Source: Candidatus Pacearchaeota archaeon
Lineage (GTDB): Archaea > Nanobdellota > Nanobdellia > Pacearchaeales > GW2011-AR1
Assembly: GCA_017608985.1 (NCBI GenBank)
Contig: JAFCEV010000001.1
Span: forward strand, 1 to 29,283
Reading direction: 5' to 3'
DNA: 29,283 nucleotides
Made by a program: the position numbers and the translations under genes. Shown here piece after piece: positions 1 through 7,905 of this stretch. The notes below the pieces were generated by a model. It searched no databases and had not been told where the DNA came from. It saw nothing but the letters and a program-made list of their open reading frames with translations. Every line of letters begins with the position of its first letter. Position 1 is the stretch's first letter.

Positions 1-188
1 GAGTTTAGTAACCTTTAAAAACTTCCCCAAACTTTAATTTATATTAGAAAGATATCACAATTATTATAATCACATGACTTTCACATTCACATTTTAGCTT
101 TATGCTATTTTAAGTGAATCTAAGAAGATATTTTTCTAAAAGTGAAATCATAGATTTCAATTAAATAAAATGGAGAAAGAAATAGAAA

Positions 189-1331
189 ATGGCAAAAATA
201 AGTCCTGTATCAATAAAATACATGATACATGTGAATTTTACAGCAGAAGGTGCATTAGAAAAACCTGATGTAATTGGAGCTATATTCGGACAGACAGAAG
301 GACTGCTTGGCGCTGATTTGGAGATGCGGGAGCTTCAGAAAGAAGGCAAAATTGGCAGAATAGAAGTTGATTTAGAAAGAAAGGAAAAAAAGACAATAGG
401 GGTTATAAAAATTCCGACAGCACTTGACCAGTCAGAAACTACTTTGATTGCTGCTGCAATAGAGACTATCGAAAGAATAGGACCTTGCGACGCTCAGATA
501 GAAATTGAAAGAATTGAAGATGTCAGAGGAAGCAAGAGAGATTATATCATTGAAAGAGCCAAAAAATTGATGAAACAGATTGAAGGCTCAACAGATTCAA
601 GAGAAATCTCAAATGAAATCAAGAGTTCGGTAAAAATTGCAGAGACTAGAGAATATGGGGAAGAAAAACTTTTGTGCGGAGATATTTCAGGAAAAGAAAT
701 AATCGTTGTTGAAGGCAGAGCAGATGTTCTTAATTTGCTGAGAAACGGAATAAAAAATGTTATAGCCATGAATGGAACAAAACTCCCTGATTCAATCAAG
801 AAATTGAGCGAAGAAAAAGAAATAACTCTTTTCATTGACGGAGACAGAGGCGGAAAACTGATAGCACAAAATGTTATGGATAACGCCAAAATAAAATACA
901 TTGCAATTGCACCTGATGGAAAAGAAGTTGAAGAATTAAATGGAAAAGAAATCTTGACAAATCTGAGGAAAAAGATTTTAGCAGAAGATTTCTTTTCTAA
1001 ATCTTTTTTGAAAGAGGACATCTCCTTGCAAAACTCCATTGAAAAATCTGAATTAAGCGAGAAAGACAAAGAAAAAATCAGAGAAATTGCAAGAAAAAAT
1101 AAAGATTCAAAAAAAGCTATTCTCCTGAATAAAAATTTAGAAGAAATAAAAAAAATTTCAGTAAGAAGTTTAAATAGCACTCTGCGAAAAAATGTAAAAC
1201 CTTTTGCAATTGTGATTGACGGAACAGTAACAAACTCTGTCATTAAAAGTGCAGAAGAAGTTGGCTGTAAGGCAATAGTTGCCAAGAATTTTGCAACAAC
1301 AGATACAAATATTGAATTATTGAGTTTGTAA
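189..1331 (+). CDS. dnaG: Archaeal DnaG-type primase / exosome-associated TOPRIM protein
   Basis: N-terminal KPDVIGAIFGQTEGLLG..ELQK.GKIGRIEV block; TOPRIM motifs IIVVEGRADVLNLLRNG and DGDRGG. Confidence 0.95.
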   Translation: MAKISPVSIKYMIHVNFTAEGALEKPDVIGAIFGQTEGLLGADLEMRELQKEGKIGRIEVDLERKEKKTIGVIKIPTALDQSETTLIAAAIETIERIGPCDAQIEIERIEDVRGSKRDYIIERAKKLMKQIEGSTDSREISNEIKSSVKIAETREYGEEKLLCGDISGKEIIVVEGRADVLNLLRNGIKNVIAMNGTKLPDSIKKLSEEKEITLFIDGDRGGKLIAQNVMDNAKIKYIAIAPDGKEVEELNGKEILTNLRKKILAEDFFSKSFLKEDISLQNSIEKSELSEKDKEKIREIARKNKDSKKAILLNKNLEEIKKISVRSLNSTLRKNVKPFAIVIDGTVTNSVIKSAEEVGCKAIVAKNFATTDTNIELLSL

Positions 1332-1405
1332 AATCTTTTTTTGAAAATTAGAAAAATTTTCACCGATTGTTCCTAACACTTAGTTATTAAGTAGTAACTC
1401 CAAAA

Positions 1406-1431
1406 TTACGACATATCGTAAGATTTATAAA
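1406..1431 (+). promoter_or_regulatory. TATA box (TTTATAAA 1424-1431) with an adjacent upstream palindrome TTACGA-CATA-TCGTAA (1406-1421)
   Basis: Read directly from the sequence; lies upstream of the surface-protein gene. Confidence 0.6.
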
Positions 1432-1467
1432 TGGTTTTAATGTGGATATTTTACAGAAAAAATTTCT

Positions 1468-2715
1468 GTGCAATTAAATAAAATGGAAGCAAAAATGGAT
1501 ACAAAGAAACTTTTGGTTTCTTTCTGTGCAGTGGCAATTGCTTTGTTCTTAGTTATGACTGTAAGTGCTATTGGCTCAACTGGTGATTTAGCTCTACAGG
1601 ATAGTGTTGAGGTAGAAGTTAATGGAGTGGATGTGAATCTTACTCCGGCAATAATTGCTGGTGAGACAATCACTGTTAAGGTTGTGTTTAAAGCAGAAAC
1701 AGACGCGTCAGAGGTTACTATTAAAGTAGAACTTGATGATGCTACTGCTGAAACAGCTAAGTTTGATGTTATTGATGGCAAGACTTACAAAAGAACTTTG
1801 ACTCTTGAAGTTCCTTATGAACTTAAGGATGAAACTTTTGATGAAGTTAAACTTGAGATAACTATTGAAGGTGAAGACAAAGAGGGTAATAATGTTGAGG
1901 AAGAAGTAAGTAATATTACCTTAACAGTTCAAAGACCTTCATACAACGCAAAGGTTATGTCAGTAACTACAGAACAGAGAGTTGAAGCAGGAGAAATAGT
2001 TCCTGTAAATGTGGTTCTAAAAAATACAGGATACAACGAGCTTGACGATATGTATGTGACATTAAGAATTGCTGAACTTGATGTTGAGAAAAGTGCTTAT
2101 TTCGGAGATGTTGTTGCTGTTGAAGATGAAGACAATGATGATGTTGTCAGTGGAAAATTCTATTTGAAAATTCCGTATGAAGCTCAAGCAGGAGTTTATA
2201 CTCTTGAAGTTGAAGCTACAAATGACGACCTCAGTATTACAAGATTCAAGCAACTCACTGTCGATAATGACTTTCCTGAGAATGTTTTAGCAACAAGCAC
2301 ACACAAACTAGTTTCAGTTGGTGAAAAAGCCGAATACACACTAATGCTTGTGAATCCTACAAACAAACTGAAAGTTTACAGAATTGTTACTGATTCTAAC
2401 TGTGAAGTTTGCAATCTTTTCTCAAGTGTTAATACTGCTGTTGTCGCTGTTCCTGCAGGATTGAGCAAGACAGTAACTGTAACTGCAAGTGCAAAGACAG
2501 AAGGAGAATACATGTTCAATGTAAATGTATTTTCCGGAGAAGAGCTTGAAAGTGTAGTTAGTTTGAGTTTAACTGCTGAAGGTAAGAAAACAAACCCTGT
2601 CGCTGTTCTGACAATTATTCTGGCAATAATCTTCTTGGTATTGCTGGTTGTCTTAATTGTCTTGTTAGGAAAGAAACCTAAGAAAGATGAAGAATTAGGA
2701 GAAAGTTATTACTAA
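1468..2715 (+). CDS. Secreted, C-terminally membrane-anchored acidic surface (S-layer-like) protein with Ig/CARDB-like domains; likely start ATG 1495
   Basis: Signal peptide (MDTKKLLVSFCAVAIALFLVMTVSA), beta-rich acidic body (VNVVLKNTG), C-terminal TM helix and short tail GKKPKKDEELGESYY. Confidence 0.7.
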   Translation: MQLNKMEAKMDTKKLLVSFCAVAIALFLVMTVSAIGSTGDLALQDSVEVEVNGVDVNLTPAIIAGETITVKVVFKAETDASEVTIKVELDDATAETAKFDVIDGKTYKRTLTLEVPYELKDETFDEVKLEITIEGEDKEGNNVEEEVSNITLTVQRPSYNAKVMSVTTEQRVEAGEIVPVNVVLKNTGYNELDDMYVTLRIAELDVEKSAYFGDVVAVEDEDNDDVVSGKFYLKIPYEAQAGVYTLEVEATNDDLSITRFKQLTVDNDFPENVLATSTHKLVSVGEKAEYTLMLVNPTNKLKVYRIVTDSNCEVCNLFSSVNTAVVAVPAGLSKTVTVTASAKTEGEYMFNVNVFSGEELESVVSLSLTAEGKKTNPVAVLTIILAIIFLVLLVVLIVLLGKKPKKDEELGESYY

Positions 2716-2791
2716 TTTCCTTTTTGATTTTTTTAATTTTTAGTACTTTCTCCTTTTTATATTAATTGGAGAAAAAATTGAAGGAGTAAAA

Positions 2792-2962
2792 ATGGAAGAA
2801 GAAAAAAAGTACAATGAAATATCTGCTAAGGATTATGAAGAAAAATCTTTATATGATTCTGACACTATTAAGATGATGGTGGATAATGCAAATAATGGTG
2901 TGATGGATGTTAAAAAGAGTTTGGAAAATATACAGAAGATTAAACAAAAGGCACAAAAATAA
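2792..2962 (+). CDS. Small hypothetical protein, 56 aa (MEEEKKYNEISAKDYEEKSLYDSDTIKMMVDNANNGVMDVKKSLENIQKIKQKAQK); not in the ORF track
   Basis: Translated by hand; GGAG RBS at 2783-2786, ATG 2792, TAA 2960-2962; overlaps the convergent pcm end by 23 nt. Confidence 0.6.
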   Translation: MEEEKKYNEISAKDYEEKSLYDSDTIKMMVDNANNGVMDVKKSLENIQKIKQKAQK

Positions 2963-3549
2963 ATCCATGCAATTCTTTTTTAATCTTAAAATTATCTTTT
3001 TGCCTTTGAATTGCTACTAAAGATTGGCTAAATCTTGAGCCAACAGGAGCTACAATCAAACCTTTATCTTTTAATTGATTTAAAATTTGTTTAGGAATCT
3101 TCTCACATGCTGCACTTATTAATATCCTGTCAAATGGTGCTGCTTCTTTTAACCCCCAATTTTCCATCCCTATTATAAACTTTAATATTTTTATAATCCT
3201 TGATATTATTTTTTGATTTATTTGCTAATTCTTTTACAATTTCAACACCATAAACTTTTCCTTTATTTCCAACTATCCCAGATATTAAAGCCAAAACATA
3301 ACCGCATCCAGAACCAAGTTCAAGAACTTTTTGTCCTGATTTTAAATTCAACAGTTTTAACATTGTTGCAATTGTATATGGTTGGGAAATTGTCTGTCCT
3401 CCTCCAATAGGTAGAGGTCTGTCTTCATATGCTCTTTCTTCCAAATCTTTAGGAACAAAATTCTCCCTTTTAACTTTTGCAAAAGCATTTAATATCTTTT
3501 TTGAAAAGCCTTGATTTTTTAGATGCCCTAATAATTGTGTTTTGTTCAT
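2940..3549 (-). pseudogene. pcm: Protein-L-isoaspartate O-methyltransferase split by a single-base frameshift
   Basis: ORF 3130..3558 carries the PIMT N-half (AYEDRPLPIGGGQTISQP, VLELGSGCGY) and ORF 2940..3167 the C-half (EAAPFDRILISAA, LIVAPVG). Removing one G from the G5 run (plus-strand C5 at 3153-3157) gives one ~202-aa frame from ATG 3549. Confidence 0.85.
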
Positions 3550-3616
3550 TTTAAACAATTTTCACCATCCTTATTAAAATAAAGAAGCGTAATTAAATCT
3601 TTTGTAAAAATAGGAA

Positions 3617-3645
3617 CCCGGCATTGTCCTAAGACCATACCAGGG
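3617..3645 (-). other. GC-rich hairpin (CCUGGUAU-G-GUC-UUAG-GAC-A-AUGCCGGG) followed by a U-tract; terminator, pcm leader or small RNA
   Basis: 8-bp + 3-bp stem with two G-U wobbles that pair only on the minus strand; TATA-like TTTAAATA at 3680-3673 upstream. Confidence 0.4.
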
Positions 3646-3713
3646 ACTTAATAATTATTAAGGTATTACCTCTATTTAAACTTTGACTTGCTTGCCCTCT
3701 TATTTTTTAGAAA

Positions 3714-3794
3714 TTAATCATCATTCCACTCTGGAAGATTTTCCGCATCAACATATTTAAATTCTTCACAAATTTTCAAACTTTCTTCAGCCAT
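3714..3794 (-). CDS. Possible 26-aa acidic micro-ORF (MAEESLKICEEFKYVDAENLPEWNDD)
   Basis: Hand translation; ATG begins 1 nt after the stop of the duplicated smc tail, with GAGG upstream. Confidence 0.35.
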   Translation of the reverse strand: MAEESLKICEEFKYVDAENLPEWNDD

Positions 3795-3795
3795 T

Positions 3796-3911
3796 TTAAA
3801 TCCTCAGACTAATTATCTTTGATATTCCGTCATGCATACAACAAACGTATCTTCGTTTGGAGTCATGCTATATTTTTAAGCTTATAATTTTACTGATTCC
3901 GTCATGCATAC
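3796..3911 (-). repeat. Duplicated smc 3' end: 16-bp identical core ATTCCGTCATGCATAC at 3824-3839 and 3896-3911, followed by synonymously diverged tails
   Basis: 3909-3868 encodes MHDGISKIISLKI*; 3837-3796 encodes MHDGISKIISLRI*. Confidence 0.9.
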
Positions 3912-6750
3912 TTACTCCATAAAGATTTGTTGCATTTGAAATTACTTCATCATTGTGGGTTATTATTATATATTGTCCTTTTTTCATGTATTTATTCAAA
4001 AGAGTTGCAAGTCTTTCTGAATTCCTCTTGTCAAGTGCTGCATCAATTTCATCAAGGATATAAAAGCAATAAGGATTTAACTCTTGTATTGCAAAAATCA
4101 ATGAAAGAGCTACTAAAACCTGCTCTCCTCCTGAGAGGGATTTCACATCAAAATATTTACCGTGTCCTGTCTTGACTGTGATGCTTACTCCTCCTTCAAA
4201 AGGCTCTTTTCTGTTTTCTGGTTCAAGATAAACCTGTCCTTTAGTGCTCAATTGTGAGAAATTCCTTGAGAAAATTTCGTTCAGTTCATCCAGAGTTTTC
4301 AAAAAGGCTTTTCTCTTCTTTATATCAATTTCATGAATAATTTTTAAAATTCCTTGTTTTTCTTTTGTAATAATTTCTGCTTTTTCCCTTACTGAATCAT
4401 ATTCTTTTTTTACAGAATCATAAACCTCTAAACTTCGAAGATTTATTGTTCCTATTCTTGAAAGCAAATCCTGTGTTCTGGATAATCTTTCCACAAGATT
4501 TTCTCTTTTAGTCTTGATTATTTTAATATTATTAAATTCTAACAACTCTGTTTGTAAATTTTCAATGATTGCGTCAAAACGTGCTTTTTCTATTTTCAGC
4601 TCATTTATATCCTGCTCTATATTATGAATTATGTTCTGCTTATTTAAAAGTTCAGATTCTTTATTTCTAATATCTTTTTGAAATTTGTCTTTTTTAAAAA
4701 TCAATTGCTGGAATTCCCTATTTAATTCTTCTTCTTGTTTCTTTTTATTTTTAAGAATCTTTTCTTTATCTCTTATATTTTCTGTAATTTCACTTATCTC
4801 TGTCTCTAAATCTTCTTCCTCTCTAACAACTTGCTTTAAAGAAACTTTTAAACGTTCAAATTCTCTTTGTTTAAATGCAATTTCAGAATCAGTATCTTCT
4901 TCATTTCTAAAAGAAAGTTCCTGAACTTCTATTCTTGCTGTTTCATACTTCTTTTCAATATTTGAATTTTCTTCAAAAGAATCTTCAAGCTTTTTTTTAA
5001 TCTTTTCAAATTCTTTAAATTCCTGCCTTGCTTTCTGAATTTTTTCCTGAATTTCTTTAATCTTTTCTTTTTTCTCCTTTATATTTGAAAGTTTAATTAA
5101 GTCAGATTCTCTTTTTGAAATCTCCTCCTGTAACTGGTTTATATCCTGTTTTAGTAAATCTCTTTTTTTATAAATCTCTCCCAATTCTTCATCTGATTTT
5201 CTTACCTCTTCTTTTAATTTATTTAATCTTGGAAGAGTTTTATCTTTAATTTCACGAATATGTTTTTCTGTTATCTTACTCTTACATATGGGGCAAACAT
5301 CCATTTTGGATATGTTTTCTATTAATTTATTCTCTTTGTCTATCTCATTTTCATTTGCAGAAGCAAGTTTCTCTAATTCTATTTCCTTTTTATTAATGCT
5401 CTCTAAAAGTTCTTTTTTTTCAGATAATGAGATATTTAATGATTTTACGTTTTCTTTATTCGTATTTCTGTCAAATAGTTCTGCATGCAAGGACTTTATC
5501 TGTCTTAACAAAAATTCGGATTCATTTTCATAATTACTGATAAGGCTATTTTTATCTTGAATTCTTTCTTTAATTGATTTTAATTCAGATTTAAGCATAT
5601 AAAATTTCTTTCTCTGTTCTTCTAATTTTTCCAATTCCTGTTTTTTTAATTCAATTTCTTTGTCTCTTATTTCTTTTTTAGAATCCGCTTTTTTAGGTCT
5701 CTTTAAATTTTTAATGTAATTTTTTGCTTCTTCAATATTTTCTTCAAGTTCTTGCTTTTGTTTTAATAAACTGGAATTCTTACTCTCATAATTTTCCAAT
5801 CTTACATTTAATCCTGCTAATTCTGCCCTTAGATCTGCAATTTCTCTGTTTAATTTTTCCTGCTCTAATCCTGTTGATTCCTGAATAGTCTTATTTATAG
5901 AGATTATTTTTGTTTCAAAATTTGAAATAAATGCTTTTATATTTATTATCTCTTTTCTTATTTTATCAATCTCTTTGTTTTTTTTGAATATATTTTCCTC
6001 TATCTTTTCTCTTTCTTTCTCATTCTTTTCCTTGTCATGATTTATAATGCTTGCTTTAAGGATTTGGACATCCTTTTCCAGTTTCTTAAATCTAAGAGCC
6101 TGCTGTCTTTCTTTTTCCAGATTATTGAGATAAATAGTCCTCTCCCTTAAAATTGCTGAAACTTCTTTTAATTTATCCTCTGTTTTTTCAAGTTCTCTCA
6201 GAGATTTTTCTTTTCTTGATTCATAAATTGAAATTCCTGAAACCTCTTCAATTATTTTTCTTCTGTCATCAGGATACATTCTCACAAAATTCTGTATTTC
6301 TCCCTGAAGTATTATATTGAATCCATTAGGGTCAATTCCTGCCTGAGCAAGTAAACTCAAAATCTGCTGCCGTGTTTTTGTTTCATTTTCAATTTTATAA
6401 ATGCTCTGCCCGTTTTTTCTTACAATTCTTTTTATTGAAATCTCATTTTTGTCTATTGAAAAAGTTCTGTCAGAATTATCAAATATTATCTCAACACTCG
6501 CTTCTTTTGCAGGTGCAACTGCCTTTGTTCCCAAGAATATTAAATTTCCTGCTTTTGCTGCTCTCATTGACTTAATGCTCAATCTTCCTAAGACAAAACA
6601 CAGAGCATCTGAAATATTACTTTTTCCAGAGCCATTTGGACCTAAAATTACATTTATCCCCTCTGTAAAAGGGATTTCTGTTTTTCTCGGAAAACTCTTG
6701 AATCCATGCATCACCAGTTTTTTTATATGCAACATGAGGAAGAGAAACAA
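3868..6750 (-). CDS. smc: SMC-family ATPase with condensin-type heads and a central CxxC; likely start ATG 6735
   Basis: GFKSF, Walker A GPNGSGKSN, IILQGEI, signature LSGGE, Walker B/D-loop YILDEIDAALD, long coiled coils, CPIC at aa 486-489. Confidence 0.9.
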   Translation of the reverse strand: MFLFLMLHIKKLVMHGFKSFPRKTEIPFTEGINVILGPNGSGKSNISDALCFVLGRLSIKSMRAAKAGNLIFLGTKAVAPAKEASVEIIFDNSDRTFSIDKNEISIKRIVRKNGQSIYKIENETKTRQQILSLLAQAGIDPNGFNIILQGEIQNFVRMYPDDRRKIIEEVSGISIYESRKEKSLRELEKTEDKLKEVSAILRERTIYLNNLEKERQQALRFKKLEKDVQILKASIINHDKEKNEKEREKIEENIFKKNKEIDKIRKEIINIKAFISNFETKIISINKTIQESTGLEQEKLNREIADLRAELAGLNVRLENYESKNSSLLKQKQELEENIEEAKNYIKNLKRPKKADSKKEIRDKEIELKKQELEKLEEQRKKFYMLKSELKSIKERIQDKNSLISNYENESEFLLRQIKSLHAELFDRNTNKENVKSLNISLSEKKELLESINKKEIELEKLASANENEIDKENKLIENISKMDVCPICKSKITEKHIREIKDKTLPRLNKLKEEVRKSDEELGEIYKKRDLLKQDINQLQEEISKRESDLIKLSNIKEKKEKIKEIQEKIQKARQEFKEFEKIKKKLEDSFEENSNIEKKYETARIEVQELSFRNEEDTDSEIAFKQREFERLKVSLKQVVREEEDLETEISEITENIRDKEKILKNKKKQEEELNREFQQLIFKKDKFQKDIRNKESELLNKQNIIHNIEQDINELKIEKARFDAIIENLQTELLEFNNIKIIKTKRENLVERLSRTQDLLSRIGTINLRSLEVYDSVKKEYDSVREKAEIITKEKQGILKIIHEIDIKKRKAFLKTLDELNEIFSRNFSQLSTKGQVYLEPENRKEPFEGGVSITVKTGHGKYFDVKSLSGGEQVLVALSLIFAIQELNPYCFYILDEIDAALDKRNSERLATLLNKYMKKGQYIIITHNDEVISNATNLYGVSMHDGISKIISLKI

Positions 6751-6774
6751 TAGATATTTTTAAAGATTAGGATG

Positions 6775-7452
6775 TTAAATTTCCAGTTTTTTCTGCTCTG
6801 ATTTGGCCCGGGCTTTTTTCCATGTGCTCCAGTTTTTTCTGAAGATTTTGCTATTTTTGTATTTGTTTGAATTACTTATTAAAAATTTTGAAGTTTTAGG
6901 ATCTGAGGTATAGCCTGAACCAATCTCTTTTCCGTATTTTTCCTTTAATTTATCCATTTCTTTTTCTCTCACACTCTTTGCAAGAATAGACGCTGCTGAA
7001 ACAGAAAGATGATTTTTATCTGCTTTGTGCTCACATATTATTTCTAAATTTGCTAAATTTTTTATTTTAGTTCTCAAATAATCCCTCCACTTTATTATGC
7101 TTACAGAAGGACAATCAATCACAACCTTTATTTTTTTATAACCCTTATTTATTTTGTTTATTATCTCTGCAGATTTCAAAGCTTCTAACATATTCAAATT
7201 TATTCCTTTGTTCTGATGGTAACTTATCTTATCTGCAGATGTTGATAATATTTCAAATGTTTCTGCCTCATCTTTTATTTTTTGCGCCAAAAATTCTCTT
7301 CTCTTGTGCGTTAGTTGCTTTGAATCTTTCACCCCCCATTTTCTAAATTTTGTTGCTGTTTTTTCATCTATGAGACATCCTGCAAGAACCATAGGACCAA
7401 TTACAGGGCCTCTTCCAGCATCATCAATTCCAAGTTCTAACATAGAGAACAC
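6775..7452 (-). CDS. rnhB: Ribonuclease HII; likely start ATG 7443
   Basis: GIDDAGRGPVIGPMV, DSKQL, HKAD...VSAASILAKSVR, GSGYTSDP motifs. Confidence 0.95.
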   Translation of the reverse strand: MFSMLELGIDDAGRGPVIGPMVLAGCLIDEKTATKFRKWGVKDSKQLTHKRREFLAQKIKDEAETFEILSTSADKISYHQNKGINLNMLEALKSAEIINKINKGYKKIKVVIDCPSVSIIKWRDYLRTKIKNLANLEIICEHKADKNHLSVSAASILAKSVREKEMDKLKEKYGKEIGSGYTSDPKTSKFLISNSNKYKNSKIFRKNWSTWKKARAKSEQKKLEI

Positions 7453-7497
7453 AAAACCCTTAGTTTTTTAAAGTTTTATGAGAGTAAGTATATTAAA

Positions 7498-7577
7498 GCC
7501 CGCATCGCATAGTGGTATTGCACATCCCTGGAGCGGATGGCCCTTTGGGCTCGCAGGTTCGATTCCTGCTGCGGGCG
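7498..7577 (+). tRNA. tRNA-Ser(GGA)
   Basis: Acceptor GCCCGCA/TGCGGGC, G73, anticodon arm CATCC-CTGGAGC-GGATG, long variable arm, T-arm GCAGG-TTCGATT-CCTGC; TATA-like at 7465-7472. Confidence 0.93.
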
Positions 7578-7580
7578 TTT

Positions 7581-7659
7581 GCCTCTGTCGCATAATGGTA
7601 TTGCACGCGACTCGAACTCGCGGCCTTTTGGCATCCAGGTTCGATTCCTGGCAGAGGCG
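7581..7659 (+). tRNA. tRNA-Ser(CGA)
   Basis: Acceptor GCCTCTG/CAGAGGC, G73, anticodon arm CGCGA-CTCGAAC-TCGCG, variable arm; 3 nt after the previous tRNA. Confidence 0.93.
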
Positions 7660-7707
7660 TTTTCTTTTTAGAAACTTTTAAAAGCAGTTGGATTTTAGAT
7701 TTTGCAT

Positions 7708-7782
7708 AGCGGGATAGAGCAGCCTGGAGTGCTCGTCGGGCCCATAACCCGGAGGTCGGAGGTTCAAATCCTTCTCCCGCTA
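7708..7782 (+). tRNA. Initiator tRNA-Met(CAT)
   Basis: A1-U72 (AGCGGGA/TCCCGCT), A11-U24, three consecutive G-C pairs in the anticodon stem, loop CCCATAA. Confidence 0.93.
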
Positions 7783-7859
7783 TTCCCAACTCAGCCATTG
7801 AAAAGTCGTCATTGATATCAGAAAATGAGTCGCTTTCCAACAACTTCGCTCCCGCTATT
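7774..7859 (+). repeat. 11-bp direct repeat of the tRNA-iMet 3' end (CTCCCGCTATT at 7774-7784 and 7849-7859)
   Basis: Exact match, 75 bp apart. Confidence 0.7.
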
Positions 7860-7905
7860 TTTCTAATAAAAAACCTTAAAAGTATCAAAAGTTCTTTAAT
7901 TATAT

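Noticed and set aside
50-150. TCAC/GTGA repeats upstream of dnaG as a TrmB (TGM) site or origin
   Set aside because: No TATCAC-N5-GTGATA arrangement; such short words are expected by chance.
542-1781. Antisense ORFs 542..1363 and 1437..1781, and similar shadows elsewhere (e.g. 6401..6763, 14550..14987, 21257..21528, 27146..27579)
   Set aside because: They lie opposite or inside well-supported genes and show no motifs.
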